From the NCBI GenBank assembly GCA_965218695.1, contig OZ244651.1, positions 1,792,001 through 1,856,000 of the forward strand: a stretch of DNA of 64,000 nucleotides, given 5' to 3'. The stretch comes from Nitrosopumilus sp. GTDB lineage: Archaea; Thermoproteota; Nitrososphaeria; Nitrososphaerales; Nitrosopumilaceae. Under the pieces are notes generated by a model. It saw only the letters and a program-made list of their open reading frames with translations, had not been told where the DNA came from and searched no databases. Positions 40,790 through 51,679 of the stretch are shown piece after piece. Numbering within the stretch: the stretch's first letter is position 1; the number at the start of each line of letters is the position of its first letter. Position numbers and translations under genes: made by a program.

Positions 40790-41954
40790 CAAAGTCCTCA
40801 ATCTTGGCCAGGGCCCGCTCCAGCACGTCCATTCTCGGAAGGTACACCAGCCTGAAATGGCCGCTGCCGTACGTCGTGCCGAACCCGGAACCGTGCACCG
40901 TCAGGACTCCTTTTGACTCCAGCAGGTTCAGGACGAACTCCTTGTCGGTTCCAAGGGCGTCGTCTTCTATCTTGGGAAACGCGTAAAACGAGCCGCGCGG
41001 GGTCGGGCAGGAGAGCCCGGGGATCTCGTTGAGCCTCCTTATCACAAAGTCCCTGTGAATCCTAACCTGGGAGACAAAGTCTTGTATGTACCCCTGCGGG
41101 CCGCGGAGGGATTCAAGGGCGGCATACTGGAAGGGGAGGTTCGTGGCTATTCTCACCCTTGCCAGTTTGGGCAGGTGCTCGCGTATTGCCTCAAGCCTGG
41201 GGGACTGGTTGAATGCAATGTATCCCACGCGCCAGCCGGACATGAGGTGTACCTTGGAGAACCCATTAAGTACGATTATCGGCAGGTCCTGTGATACGCT
41301 GCCCACTCCTGCAAACTTGCCGTCAAAGATTATCTGGTCGTATATCTCGTCGCATATGATGTACAGGTCGTGCTCGGCTGCGACATCTACCAACTCCTGA
41401 AGGGACTTTCTGTCAAATACGGCGCCCGTTGGGTTGTTGGGGCTGATGAGGCATATCGCGATGGTTCTTGGCGTGATCTTTGATCTTATGTCGTCTATGT
41501 CAGGCGTGGAGTTTTCCAGATCCACTGCAAACTCTATAGGAATGCCGCCGTGCAGGCGGACGTATGATGCGTACGGCGGATAGTATGGTCCGGACAGCAG
41601 AACCTCGTCGCCGTCCTCGACTATGGAGGACATTACCATGTCAAGGCCTTCGGAGACTCCGTTGGTGATCAGGATGTCGTCTGCGCCGGCTGTCAGCCCC
41701 TTGGATGCCTCCTTTTGCGCGATTGCCTCCCGGAGTTCGGGGATGCCCTCTGACGGGGAGTAGTAGTTGTCGCCGCGATTAATGGCATCAATCAGCGCCT
41801 GCCTGACGTTGTCAGGCGGCTGAAAGCCAAACTGGACCGGGTCGCCAATATTGAGATAGTCTACCTGCATCCCCCTCTGCTGCACGTTTCTTGCCGCAAG
41901 CACCACGTCCCTGATGGCATATTCGACTTCTGCGACCTTCCTTGAGATCTTCAA
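40773..41954 (-). CDS. Class I/II PLP-dependent aminotransferase (alanine/aspartate type)
   Basis: EYAIRD, LNIGDP, PNNPTG, DEIYD and GFSK..MSGWRVG motifs; TTG start at 41954. Confidence 0.93.
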
Positions 41955-41998
41955 AGTGCTTAGACAGGTATTTAGACACGTTAAAGTCTTATCTTTTC

Positions 41999-42073
41999 GG
42001 ACTCGTAGCACAGTCAGGATAGTGCGGGCGGCTTCGGACCGCCAGGTCGAGGGATCGAAGCCCTCCGAGCCCT
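41999..42073 (+). tRNA. tRNA-Arg(TCG) with non-canonical T loop
   Basis: Acceptor GGACTCG/CGAGCCC; anticodon arm GGCGG-CTTCGGA-CCGCC; T arm GAGGG-ATCGAAG-CCCTC. Confidence 0.82.
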
Positions 42074-42269
42074 CTTTAATTACACATGGCAGCAGCCATC
42101 CATGTCCCACCATCCGAGCATGGCGTGGTGGGGAGGGGAACAAATTACTGCCGGCAGAATCTGCGCACATGTCCTGTTGTGCTGCATAATCATCAGGATT
42201 CATGCCGGATCTCCCATCAAGAGCGGCACTCAGATGACATTATAAGGCGCGATCTGCACCGGTGATAAA

Positions 42270-42761
42270 GTGAAGGCATCCGTGTTCAGAATAGGACTAG
42301 CACTGGTGATCATCGGCATGGTCTGGATATCACTCGTGTTTGCAGGGGCCGAAAAGACCCACATGGTCACCCTCCTAAAGCAGTCAGAATCAGCCGAGAT
42401 GGGCATGGGATTTTCCGGTACGGGCATAGGGTTCTATCGCATCCACATGCCGGAGTTTGCCGGAGACGAAGTGTTTGTGCAGGTGCGGGATCCTGCCAAC
42501 AACGTAATGCAGGAGCAGATGGTTCAGACAAGGATGTCGGTGGGCTACTTTGAGTTTGATGCAGACGGAAGGCATTCGGTCATACTGACAAACGTCTCCG
42601 GGGATCCGATTATGCTTGAGGCGGATCTCGGGGAGACTGACTCACAAGAGATGATGCCTGCAGGAATCATGATTCTGGCAGGGTCTGCGGCCATGATGGT
42701 GATGGCGTACCTGAGGATCACTGCCTACAGCACAGAGCAGCCCGACGAGAATATCTCATAG
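42270..42761 (+). CDS. Hypothetical membrane protein
   Basis: N- and C-terminal TM helices. Confidence 0.75.
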   Translation: MKASVFRIGLALVIIGMVWISLVFAGAEKTHMVTLLKQSESAEMGMGFSGTGIGFYRIHMPEFAGDEVFVQVRDPANNVMQEQMVQTRMSVGYFEFDADGRHSVILTNVSGDPIMLEADLGETDSQEMMPAGIMILAGSAAMMVMAYLRITAYSTEQPDENIS

Positions 42762-43315
42762 ACCGGTATGCACTGGATTACATGCCCAAATATCAGAAAC
42801 AGGTTGAAGGCAAGCCACACCACAAAGAACAGGAACGTCACAGTTGAAAACGGCAGCAGCAGCCTGAGCCGGGTATACTCCATTCCCTTGAGTATCAGCA
42901 GCGCGCCCAGGGATCCCAGAACCAGCCCGAACTCAAGCGGCTGGTGCGACCAGGAGACCAGCCCGTCGATTCCAAACAGGTCATGGGATATGAAGTCTGC
43001 AAAACCCGATGCCATCTGGATGGCACCGCCAATCATAACCAGCTTAATTCCGGTCCTGATAGAACCGCGCACCATGCCGCGCACCAGCAGAACGCTCCCC
43101 AGGACTCCTGCGCACGCAGTCATGGAGACCCCTGTGTACACCACGATGTGCGGGGCGCTCCAGAAGAACTCCGGCTCCTGCAGGATGTGCGATATGGCGT
43201 CCCAGAATCCGGCAGACACGACCACCACGGGTCCTGCCACTGCAAGAACCGCAAGGGGCAGGATGAATTTGGATCCTGCAATCCTTAAACTGGCGATTCG
43301 CGGGAGCAGATTCAT
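42725..43315 (-). CDS. Multi-pass membrane protein with His-containing motifs (WD..SH, APH, SH)
   Basis: GFWDAISH..EFFWSAPH..YTG and DFISHDLFGID..SWSH. Confidence 0.75.
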   Translation of the reverse strand: MNLLPRIASLRIAGSKFILPLAVLAVAGPVVVVSAGFWDAISHILQEPEFFWSAPHIVVYTGVSMTACAGVLGSVLLVRGMVRGSIRTGIKLVMIGGAIQMASGFADFISHDLFGIDGLVSWSHQPLEFGLVLGSLGALLILKGMEYTRLRLLLPFSTVTFLFFVVWLAFNLFLIFGHVIQCIPVYEIFSSGCSVL

Positions 43316-43397
43316 TATTGATTCTGCACCAAAAACGGCATATTTGAATTGCAGGGGAACAGTCAACTATATTTAGACAGTACGCGGTATGACTCCC

Positions 43398-43637
43398 ATG
43401 AGCCCTGGCATAGGACTAATGAAGAGGCGGCTTGAAAAGGAGCGCGACGCCATTGCCCTAGCTATATCAGGAATCGCAAAGAGGTACGAGGTGGCGCCGG
43501 ACGGCATCAGCACCCTTGAGACAAAGTACGATGATGACGCAGGCGACTGGTACGTGGCACTCGGATGGGACACGCAGAGGGCCGTAGTCAGGATGGACTC
43601 TGTCCAGGCAACGATAATTGAGATTAACGAGATCTGA
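43398..43637 (+). CDS. Hypothetical protein, probably conserved
   Basis: Clean ORF with host-like codon use upstream of mtnA. Confidence 0.75.
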   Translation: MSPGIGLMKRRLEKERDAIALAISGIAKRYEVAPDGISTLETKYDDDAGDWYVALGWDTQRAVVRMDSVQATIIEINEI

Positions 43638-43677
43638 TCTGCTCGTTTTAAATATGGAGTGACCACTCCGGCATGAA

Positions 43678-44730
43678 GTGAACACTACCTACTCGTCTCT
43701 TAGAACCGTGGAGTGGAAGGACGGCAGGGTGATAATGATCGACCAGACCAGGCTGCCAAACGAGCTTATTCTTGTAGAGTATGACAGGTGGGAGCAGGTG
43801 GCAGAGGCCATCAGGACCCTCGTCGTGCGCGGGGCGCCTGCAATCGGGGTGTCCGGAGCGTTTGGACTGGCGCTTGCAGCACAGCAGAGCAGCGCTGCAT
43901 CCCGCGAGGGCCTCCTGTCTGACCTGGAGGAGGCAAGAAAGGCGCTATTTGGGACCAGACCCACCGCGGTAAACCTCGGGTGGGGGCTGGACAAGATAAT
44001 GGACGTTGCACGGGCAGCAGGCACCGTACAGCAGATCAAAGAGGACGTGGTCTCTGCTGCCAGAACGATGGCAGACGAGGACGTCAGGATCAACCGCGCC
44101 ATGGGCAAGAACGGCTCTGCGCTCTTTGATAATAATGACACCGTGATGACCCACTGCAATGCAGGCGCGCTTGCGACCGTATCCTACGGGACCGCGCTTG
44201 GCGTCATCCGGGCCACCAGGGAGAGCGGAAAGAACGTCAGGGTGATTGCAACCGAGACGAGGCCCGTCCAGCAGGGCTCAAGGCTTACGGCCTTTGAGCT
44301 AAAGCACGACGGCTTTGACGTGAGTCTGATTCCGGACACGGCAGTAGGGTACTCCATGGCAAACGGGCTAGTCGACAAGGTGGTGGTCGGCGCAGACAGG
44401 ATAGTCAGGACGGGCCACGTGTTCAACAAGATCGGGACGTACCAGGTGGCAACCATGGCCAGGCAGCACGGCATTCCGTTCTATGTGGCAGCCCCGCTGT
44501 CCACCATAGACATGAAGGGGGACGCCAAGGACATAGTAATCGAGATGCGCAAGGGAAGCGAGGTCACGGGGACCGGTTCTGGCAGGACCGCCCCCGAGGA
44601 CGTCGATGTGATCAACCCGGCCTTTGATGTGACCCCCCCTGAACTGATCTCGGGGATCATCACGGAGAAGGGGGTGGCGTTTGCGCCGTACGGGGAGTCC
44701 ATCCCAAAGTTATTCGAAGCTAATTTATAG
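43678..44730 (+). CDS. mtnA: Methylthioribose-1-phosphate isomerase
   Basis: VRGAPAIG, TRPTAVNL, THCNAGALAT, ETRP and NKIGTY motifs. Confidence 0.93.
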   Translation: MNTTYSSLRTVEWKDGRVIMIDQTRLPNELILVEYDRWEQVAEAIRTLVVRGAPAIGVSGAFGLALAAQQSSAASREGLLSDLEEARKALFGTRPTAVNLGWGLDKIMDVARAAGTVQQIKEDVVSAARTMADEDVRINRAMGKNGSALFDNNDTVMTHCNAGALATVSYGTALGVIRATRESGKNVRVIATETRPVQQGSRLTAFELKHDGFDVSLIPDTAVGYSMANGLVDKVVVGADRIVRTGHVFNKIGTYQVATMARQHGIPFYVAAPLSTIDMKGDAKDIVIEMRKGSEVTGTGSGRTAPEDVDVINPAFDVTPPELISGIITEKGVAFAPYGESIPKLFEANL

Positions 44731-44766
44731 AAAGTTTTTATTGTTTTTGAGATCCTACTTTACAAT

Positions 44767-45405
44767 ATGAGCGCGGTTTCATCAAGTGCAGTAGAGGAGT
44801 CCCTCAGACAGTGCATGGATCCCGAGGTCCCGCTCAACATAGTCGAGATGGGGCTCATCTACGGGATCGATGTGGCCGAGAACAACGACGTCAACATCAA
44901 GATGACCATGACCACGCAGGGCTGCCCTCTCCATGAGACGCTGGTGCAGGATGCGACAAGGTATGTTAAGCGAGTGCCAGGCGTCAACAACGTCAACGTG
45001 GACATCGTGTGGGATCCCCCATGGTCCATGGACAAGATGTCAGAGGAGGCAAAGAAGAAGATAAAGGACATGGGTACGGGCATGAACACGCCGGCGCCGA
45101 TAAACTACGACACCGCCCTTCCCCAAGGAGTCGGCAAGATCGTCCAGCAGGAGGACGGCTCCATGGTGCTGCTAAACGAGCACGAGCAGGGGTTCATGGT
45201 GAACCAGGCAATAATCAACTTTTGGAAGTCATGCAACGGGCACCGCAAGGTGACTGACCTGGTGGACATCTTTGCAAGCCAGACCGGAATGCAGAGGAAC
45301 CAGGTGGAAAAGGAGGTGATGCAGTTGTTGCAGCAGCTTCGCGACGGCGGACTGGTTGCCATTGCAGGCCAGCCCGAGGTCCCAAACGTCGAGTTTAACA
45401 GATGA
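44767..45405 (+). CDS. DUF59 (FeS assembly, SufT-like) protein with C-terminal PqqD-like domain
   Basis: DPEVPLNIVEMGLIY, TTQGCP and WDPPW motifs; C-terminal VN...FWKSCNG. Confidence 0.9.
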   Translation: MSAVSSSAVEESLRQCMDPEVPLNIVEMGLIYGIDVAENNDVNIKMTMTTQGCPLHETLVQDATRYVKRVPGVNNVNVDIVWDPPWSMDKMSEEAKKKIKDMGTGMNTPAPINYDTALPQGVGKIVQQEDGSMVLLNEHEQGFMVNQAIINFWKSCNGHRKVTDLVDIFASQTGMQRNQVEKEVMQLLQQLRDGGLVAIAGQPEVPNVEFNR

Positions 45406-45409
45406 GATT

Positions 45410-46075
45410 CTAAAAGGCGTATCGGGAGTCTGCCCCGTCAAATGTTATGGTGACGCCTGAGAGGTACTTTACGTTGTTCTGGATGATTCCCTTTACGAAC
45501 CCGCCAATCTCTTCTGGCCTTCCCATCCTGCCCATGGGGAGGGACTTTTGAAACTCGGGGGTGTCCTTGAGAATGTCCTTGGTTCTGTCCGTGCTGATGA
45601 GGCCAGGTGCTATATTGACGCAGTTTATCTCCCTTGCCGCATACTCTTTGCTTAGAACCTTGAGTACCTCTACAAATGCCGCACGGTACGCAGACGAGAT
45701 TACCAGGTTTGGGACAGGCTCCCTTACCACGCCGGAGCTGACAAGGAAGATGTATCCCCCGTCGCGTATCTTGATGTTCTGCAGGATGATGCAGAATCCC
45801 AGGAACAGCTGGTTGTGGTATCTGTTCCACTCCTCTTCGGCAACCTCTGCAAAGGGTTTGGGAGGCGGTCCGCCGGTGTTGAGGACCAGGATGTCAGTAG
45901 CTGGATGATCCCGAGTGAACCTGCGGACGCTGTCAAGGTCTGACGTGTCGATGTCGGCGCGGGATGCTGCAAGTACATCTATTCCGATGGATTCCAGGGA
46001 TTCGGATATCGCCCTGCCTATCCCCCTGGAGCCGCCAAGCACGATTGCCTCAGTCATGGTATCATCAGGGGGCAC
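45410..46075 (-). CDS. Short-chain dehydrogenase/reductase
   Basis: GGSRGIG, NTGGPP and PMGRMGRPEE motifs. Confidence 0.9.
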   Translation of the reverse strand: MPPDDTMTEAIVLGGSRGIGRAISESLESIGIDVLAASRADIDTSDLDSVRRFTRDHPATDILVLNTGGPPPKPFAEVAEEEWNRYHNQLFLGFCIILQNIKIRDGGYIFLVSSGVVREPVPNLVISSAYRAAFVEVLKVLSKEYAAREINCVNIAPGLISTDRTKDILKDTPEFQKSLPMGRMGRPEEIGGFVKGIIQNNVKYLSGVTITFDGADSRYAF

Positions 46076-46182
46076 GGACGATTAAATCTCTTTGGCAGGC
46101 AACCCAGACCGTTACCTGGGATTCTCCCCGGCCATGCACGCGGCCGTCCCGCGGCCGGCGGTGGCGGTGGCCTTGCGCGACA

Positions 46183-47556
46183 CTAGAACGGCTTGTCGTA
46201 CTCCAGCGTCATTCCCCACTGGTTCAGCGTGCCCGTATCGCCGTCCCGGTAGTCCCCCACGGATATGGTCCAGTCACCTGCGGTGCCAGACCCCATAAGC
46301 CGCTCAAGATCGCCGCCCGTATCAGAGCTGTACACTGCCACGACGTTGTTCTGGCCGCCGCCTGACCTGCCGTGCAGGACCGCCTCGGTCCCGTCGGGTG
46401 CCGTCAGCACCACCCTGAGATCGCCCCGGTACGGGTGGGTTATGTCCACTGACACGTATATCTCAGTCAGGACTCCCTCGTACGGGATGTGGATTACGCT
46501 CGAGGCCGCCGCCTGGCTGTCCGTATCATCGGGAATTGCAAGGTCAGGCTGCACGGCGTGGCTGTACCCTGGAACCGGATGGGCCGGGGCAGGGGGTTGC
46601 TTCTCGTGCCCCACCCGAATGTCCCAATCATGTATCGTTCCGGTGTGATCCGGGGAATAGTCTCCCACCGAGAGCGTCCAGAGGCCGGTGGCATTCATCC
46701 CCAAGAGGGGAAGGAACGGGTCCCTGTCATCAGCAGGAAGCTTCAGCCAGAGGTCGTCCAGATCGCCGCCTGACCTGCCGTGCAGGACCGCCTCGGTCCC
46801 GTCGGGTGCCGTCAGCACCACCCTGAGATCGCCCCGGTACGGGTGGGTTATGTTTGCCAGCACGAATACATCAGAGACGGTTCCGCCGTCGGGGATGTCG
46901 AGCACGAACGACGTGTCCTGGCCGTCGGTGTCGTCCGGGATCGGAATGTCCGGGGACGCATCAATGCCGCTTACAGTCCGGATCGGATTGGGGACAGGCG
47001 GCAGTAGTACGTATGTCAGCTCAACCCAGATGCTCTCCATCGTTCCCACGCGGCCCTGCGAATAGTCTCCCACCGTGATCGTCCACCGACCATCGGAGGC
47101 CTGCCCGGCAAGGGATGCAAGCGCGCTGCTTGTCGCAGACGTGTACTCCTTTACCACGTATGGGGTATGTCCGCCCTCCCTGTTGTGCAGTATGACCTCG
47201 GTCCCGTCGGGTGCAGTCAGCACTATCTTGAGATCCCCTTGGCTTGGATGGGACAGGTCGATGGATGCCGAGATCGCAGTGACTACGCCACGCTCGAACA
47301 TGTCTGCAAAGTTACCCAAGGACTGATCTGACGTATTGTCTGGTATCGTCGCCGTCCCGCCAAAGTACACGTTATTTATTACTGTCCTCTCGGTGCTGCC
47401 AGACGAGGCAACGGGGAACGTGTCTGTCGCCCGGACATATCCGGATGGATCATAGGATGGCAAGCCGGAGCCAAGAGCCGGAGGGGCCGGCGCAGGGTAG
47501 AAGGAGAGCAGCATTATAGACATGACGAGGATTGCAAGAAGAAGGGCCGCCTGCAA
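46183..47556 (-). CDS. Secreted protein with three proprotein-convertase P domains
   Basis: Three IPD...HP..GDL..VLTAPDGT...G.WT..VGD...G units; signal peptide. Confidence 0.88.
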   Translation of the reverse strand: MQAALLLAILVMSIMLLSFYPAPAPPALGSGLPSYDPSGYVRATDTFPVASSGSTERTVINNVYFGGTATIPDNTSDQSLGNFADMFERGVVTAISASIDLSHPSQGDLKIVLTAPDGTEVILHNREGGHTPYVVKEYTSATSSALASLAGQASDGRWTITVGDYSQGRVGTMESIWVELTYVLLPPVPNPIRTVSGIDASPDIPIPDDTDGQDTSFVLDIPDGGTVSDVFVLANITHPYRGDLRVVLTAPDGTEAVLHGRSGGDLDDLWLKLPADDRDPFLPLLGMNATGLWTLSVGDYSPDHTGTIHDWDIRVGHEKQPPAPAHPVPGYSHAVQPDLAIPDDTDSQAAASSVIHIPYEGVLTEIYVSVDITHPYRGDLRVVLTAPDGTEAVLHGRSGGGQNNVVAVYSSDTGGDLERLMGSGTAGDWTISVGDYRDGDTGTLNQWGMTLEYDKPF

Positions 47557-47560
47557 AGTC

Positions 47561-48976
47561 TCACCCCAGGCGATCTATCTCGGCTGCCCGGGCCGTGGAT
47601 GCCTGCCACCCGCGCTCGCTCAGATCCGGCACGCTAGACTCCATCATGCAGGCCGTGTTTTGTCCGTCGGGCCGGAGCATCAGCTGCAGGCCGGGCTTGC
47701 AGTCTATGCTGTGGGGCGGGATTCCGTTCTCGGCCTGGAGGCGGGGGGACATGACCTCGTGGATCCCCTGAAAGTCCTGCCAGTCTGAGGCATGCTCTGC
47801 AAATACCCCGCTGCCTGGCGGGAGCAGCTTCTCGTTTATGATTACGGGTCTTTGCAGCACCACGTCCATCCCGGTGATTCGGATCGGGTCGTTGCCCGTG
47901 TCTGGGATCATTCCATTTACCGTCCCGATCCTGTCAAGTATGAGGTTTCTTTCGATCGCCCGCGGATCAAATCCCACGTTCATGCGTACGAGCCACTTGC
48001 CGAGCGGTTCGTACCGTTCCCAGAACTCCTCGCCCAGCCGATCCTCGTCGGATCTTGGAGTCGGGTCAACGTTGCCATCGCCAACATTGCCCAAGTATTG
48101 CACGCCTATGGTGGGGGTACTCCACGACACCGGCCTAGTGATCCCTTGCGGTTCCTGCGTTGCGCCCGATGGCAAAACCGTCGCTTCGGGAGGTGCCGCC
48201 GGCTTGTCTATGAGGTCCATAAACAGCACGTCGACTCCGGGAACATAGTACGGAAAGATGCCCAGCGCATACAGCGTAAAGCTCATGGGATCCATATCGT
48301 GCGCCATTATCCTGAGCGGGAGCATCGGGTATTCGCTCTCAAACACGAACTCGATCGGCCGGAGGTTTCCGTTTATCATGCCGCCATCGTCGAGATCTGC
48401 CCTGTCCATGTTTACCTTCATGGCCGCAAAGTAGTAGCCCCCCTTCTCGACATAGTATTCAAAATTCTCACGATCCTCGGCCTTGAACTCAAAACCGTTG
48501 CCGTTAAGCCACTCGACCAAGGCGTCTGCAGTCTCCGCAGTCAGGACGATCGTTGTAAAGTCCCCCACGTCCTTTCTTTCCACCACGACGACCCCTGCGC
48601 TGCTTGGCCTGGCTTGCTGTGTTATCAGGGCGTCTTCAAGAGTACGGGTGTCGTCGTAACGTATAGTCGTGTATCTCAGGAGGGTATCAAACATGTCCTC
48701 TGGGGCCTCGTTTATTGCGGGCCTGGCCGGAAGCGGCATGACCATCCCAAACTCCGTGGCGGTGCCAGAGAATGCTGGCTGTATCACCAACGTCTCTGTC
48801 CTGTCTTGTTCCGAATACATCAGAAACACCTGGGCGTCATCGTCTGGGAGTATGGTGTACCCGGGGGGAGGAAAGATGGGAGGGCATGCGGCATACGCTG
48901 AGGTTCCCAGGCCTGCAAGGGCAAACACGAGCAGGGGAATGATGACTACTTGCCTTACCGTCATCACCCTTGCCAT
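47561..48976 (-). CDS. DUF2330-domain secreted protein
   Basis: FGMVMPLP, ALVEWLNGNG, YFAAMK and MLPLRI motifs; C-terminal C..GLQL..R..ACM..L.ERGW. Confidence 0.8.
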   Translation of the reverse strand: MARVMTVRQVVIIPLLVFALAGLGTSAYAACPPIFPPPGYTILPDDDAQVFLMYSEQDRTETLVIQPAFSGTATEFGMVMPLPARPAINEAPEDMFDTLLRYTTIRYDDTRTLEDALITQQARPSSAGVVVVERKDVGDFTTIVLTAETADALVEWLNGNGFEFKAEDRENFEYYVEKGGYYFAAMKVNMDRADLDDGGMINGNLRPIEFVFESEYPMLPLRIMAHDMDPMSFTLYALGIFPYYVPGVDVLFMDLIDKPAAPPEATVLPSGATQEPQGITRPVSWSTPTIGVQYLGNVGDGNVDPTPRSDEDRLGEEFWERYEPLGKWLVRMNVGFDPRAIERNLILDRIGTVNGMIPDTGNDPIRITGMDVVLQRPVIINEKLLPPGSGVFAEHASDWQDFQGIHEVMSPRLQAENGIPPHSIDCKPGLQLMLRPDGQNTACMMESSVPDLSERGWQASTARAAEIDRLG

Positions 48977-49215
48977 GGTGAAATAGCGGCCGGCGATTAT
49001 ATGAGGACGCAAAGGTCCCCTGCGGGAGTTCCCGTGCATCATCATCATCATCGTGGCTTTTCTCTGTCTTCTGAGGCGCGCTTCCGGGTCTTGCCGCCGC
49101 AGATAGGCTGTGAATGTAGCACGGTTCTGCCCTGCATCCTACCAAGAGTAGCAGTCCGGACTGTATGAGACGGCCGCAGTTGAACCAATATATCCCCAGA
49201 GACACAAAGAACACA

Positions 49216-50226
49216 GTGCTTGATGGGAAGACTCTGAAGAGGCTGGACTCGAAGGGAATGCATGTGATTTATGACGGGTGGCCGGAGACTGCTAGGAGTT
49301 CGTTTGAGTTTAAGCATGAAAAAACCAGATTTGACGACGTAAGGGATATCGTGTTTGCCGGGATGGGCGGTTCCGGAGCCATCGGGGACGTCTTTGCATC
49401 AATCCTGTCCAAGACGGACATCCATGTGAGCGTGGTCAAGGGGTACGTCCTTCCAAAGACTGCCACCAAGGACACGCTGGTGGTGACTACGAGCATCTCC
49501 GGGAATACGATCGAGACGGTGACTGTCCTAAAAGAGGCCATGGACAGGGGATGCAGGATGTCTGCCTTTTCGTCTGGAGGAATAATGCAGGATGTCTGCA
49601 CAAGGAATGGCCTAGAGTACAGAAGGATTGGAAAGATTCATTCCCCGAGGGCGTCGTTCATGTCATTCCTGTACGGGATGCTAAACGTGCTGCATCCCAT
49701 CCTGCCCATAAGCAAGGGGGACATCTGCGAGTCGCTCGCAGAGGTAGAGAGGCTTGGTGGAATGATCAACTCGGATAACATGAACAGAAATAATCCTGCC
49801 CTGCAGATGGCAGAATGGATTGACGGAATACCCATGATATACTACCCGTTCGGGCTGCAGGCAGCTGCCATCAGATTCAAAAACTCCCTGCAGGAGAATG
49901 CAAAGACGCACGCCGCAGTGGAGGATGTCATCGAGAGCTGCCACAACGGGATAGTCTCATGGGAGGGGGGCAACGGATTCCAGCCCATCCTGCTGCAGGG
50001 TGAGGACGACTACATCAGGACAAAGGAGAGGTGGAAGGTGTTCAAGGAGTACTTTGAGGAGAATGGGATCGATTTTTGGGAGGTCCGCTCCGTCAAGGGA
50101 AACATACTCTCAAAGATCATCACGCTGGTGTACCTCTTTGATTATTGCTCCATATTCCTTGCAGCAAAGAACGGGATCGATCCCTCGCCAGTAAGATCAA
50201 TTGATTTCATCAAGGGCAGAATATGA
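49216..50226 (+). CDS. SIS-domain bifunctional phosphoglucose/phosphomannose isomerase
   Basis: GMGGSG, SISGNT.ET, ENAK, E.CHN and IDPSPV motifs. Confidence 0.9.
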   Translation: MLDGKTLKRLDSKGMHVIYDGWPETARSSFEFKHEKTRFDDVRDIVFAGMGGSGAIGDVFASILSKTDIHVSVVKGYVLPKTATKDTLVVTTSISGNTIETVTVLKEAMDRGCRMSAFSSGGIMQDVCTRNGLEYRRIGKIHSPRASFMSFLYGMLNVLHPILPISKGDICESLAEVERLGGMINSDNMNRNNPALQMAEWIDGIPMIYYPFGLQAAAIRFKNSLQENAKTHAAVEDVIESCHNGIVSWEGGNGFQPILLQGEDDYIRTKERWKVFKEYFEENGIDFWEVRSVKGNILSKIITLVYLFDYCSIFLAAKNGIDPSPVRSIDFIKGRI

Positions 50227-50697
50227 AAGAGCGTGCTAAGGTGCATCATGTTTGATTTTAGACCGGTTTAATTTCGTTACAAAAAACAATGCAAAAGCAT
50301 GCATACGGAAAAATAATCTGAGGGATAATCAGGTAACTACAAAATTATTGACAATCTCCTAGTGAAACGATTTCGAATTCTGTTTTAGCGATATAAAATT
50401 TCTGCATATCTACTGTTTTTCTATTATTATTGTTGCCTCCTCTTTTTGCATGCCATTTATTCTTTGGATCGTAAATTCATGCCTGTCAATCCCAAAATCA
50501 AGCAAGATGTCTTCAAGTTGACGCACAGATAAATCATTAAAATAATAATGCTTTCTCTCATTTCATTGGATGTTGTGGGGGGTAGATCGGGTAAGTATCC
50601 TCGATACGAGTTTATGTATACCAAAAGTGAAAAGTTGATGCGATTGTCACATATTTTACCGCATCTAGAGTTATACCAATTTCACGTCCCACAGTCA

Positions 50698-51679
50698 ATG
50701 AAGATCAAGACGATGTTGAAAAGATACACCGCTGAGACAGACTGCGATACCAAGGACCGCATGATGCTGATCATCAGAGTCAAACGTGATGGAATAACCA
50801 TGAGGGATTCTGCAAAATCCCTGGGAAAGTCAGCCTCGTGGGGCTACAAGTGGCATGAGCGCTACCTGGAAGTCGGATTTGACAGGCTGGGAAACATGCC
50901 GCGCTCCGGCAGGCCGACCAAGGCGAGCAAGGCAGACATGAAGAAGATCAGAAAGGCCGCATGCAGTAAACCGGTCTGGACGGGCAGGGAGATGCAGCAA
51001 TACATCCAACAGAAGACCGGAGTAAAGTACGAACTCGGATATGTGCGCCAGATACTGCGCGGGTGGGGCTATTCCCAAAAGGTTCCCGTAGGAAAACATG
51101 CAAGAAGGGCACCTGACGAGGAGATCAGGAAATTCCAAAAAGAGATGCCAGAGATTATAAAAAAAGAACAGTGAAGGAACAGTCGTAGCGATACAGGACG
51201 AGTCCATAGTAATCTCCGATGCGCGGCCGCGAAGACGCGGCTACACCAGGAAGGGAATACGGGCGTTTTTCACGTACACCGGCTCACACTCCAAGACGAT
51301 AATCCATGGACTAATCACCACGGACGGCAGGGGCATGTTCCGGCAGTACGATGCGTTTACCAAGGACACCTTTGAGGACTTTCTAAGGCAGGCGATGTAC
51401 AGGTTCAAGAAGATCTGCCTGATCATGGACAAGGCCTCCCAGCACAGGGCATCAAACATACGCAAACTGCTTGATGGCACAGACGGCCTGGAGATAATCT
51501 TCCTGCCAACTGCAACCCCGGACCTGAGCGCCATAGAGACGTACTGGAGGGATCTCAAACGGGCAGTGCTTGACGTGCCGTACACCAGCCTGAGCATGCT
51601 CCGCGAGGCGATCACCCGGTACACGAGGTACAAAAAACCGAATCTGGTAGTCGAGAATTTTCTGTACAGGGCCATCTAG
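50698..51679 (+). mobile_element. IS630-family transposase split by a frameshift at an A7 run (51159-51165)
   Basis: HTH part (PRSGRP) ends at 51174; DDE part (IQDES, MDKASQH, PDLSAIE) is in the +1 frame. Element ends not resolved. Confidence 0.88.
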
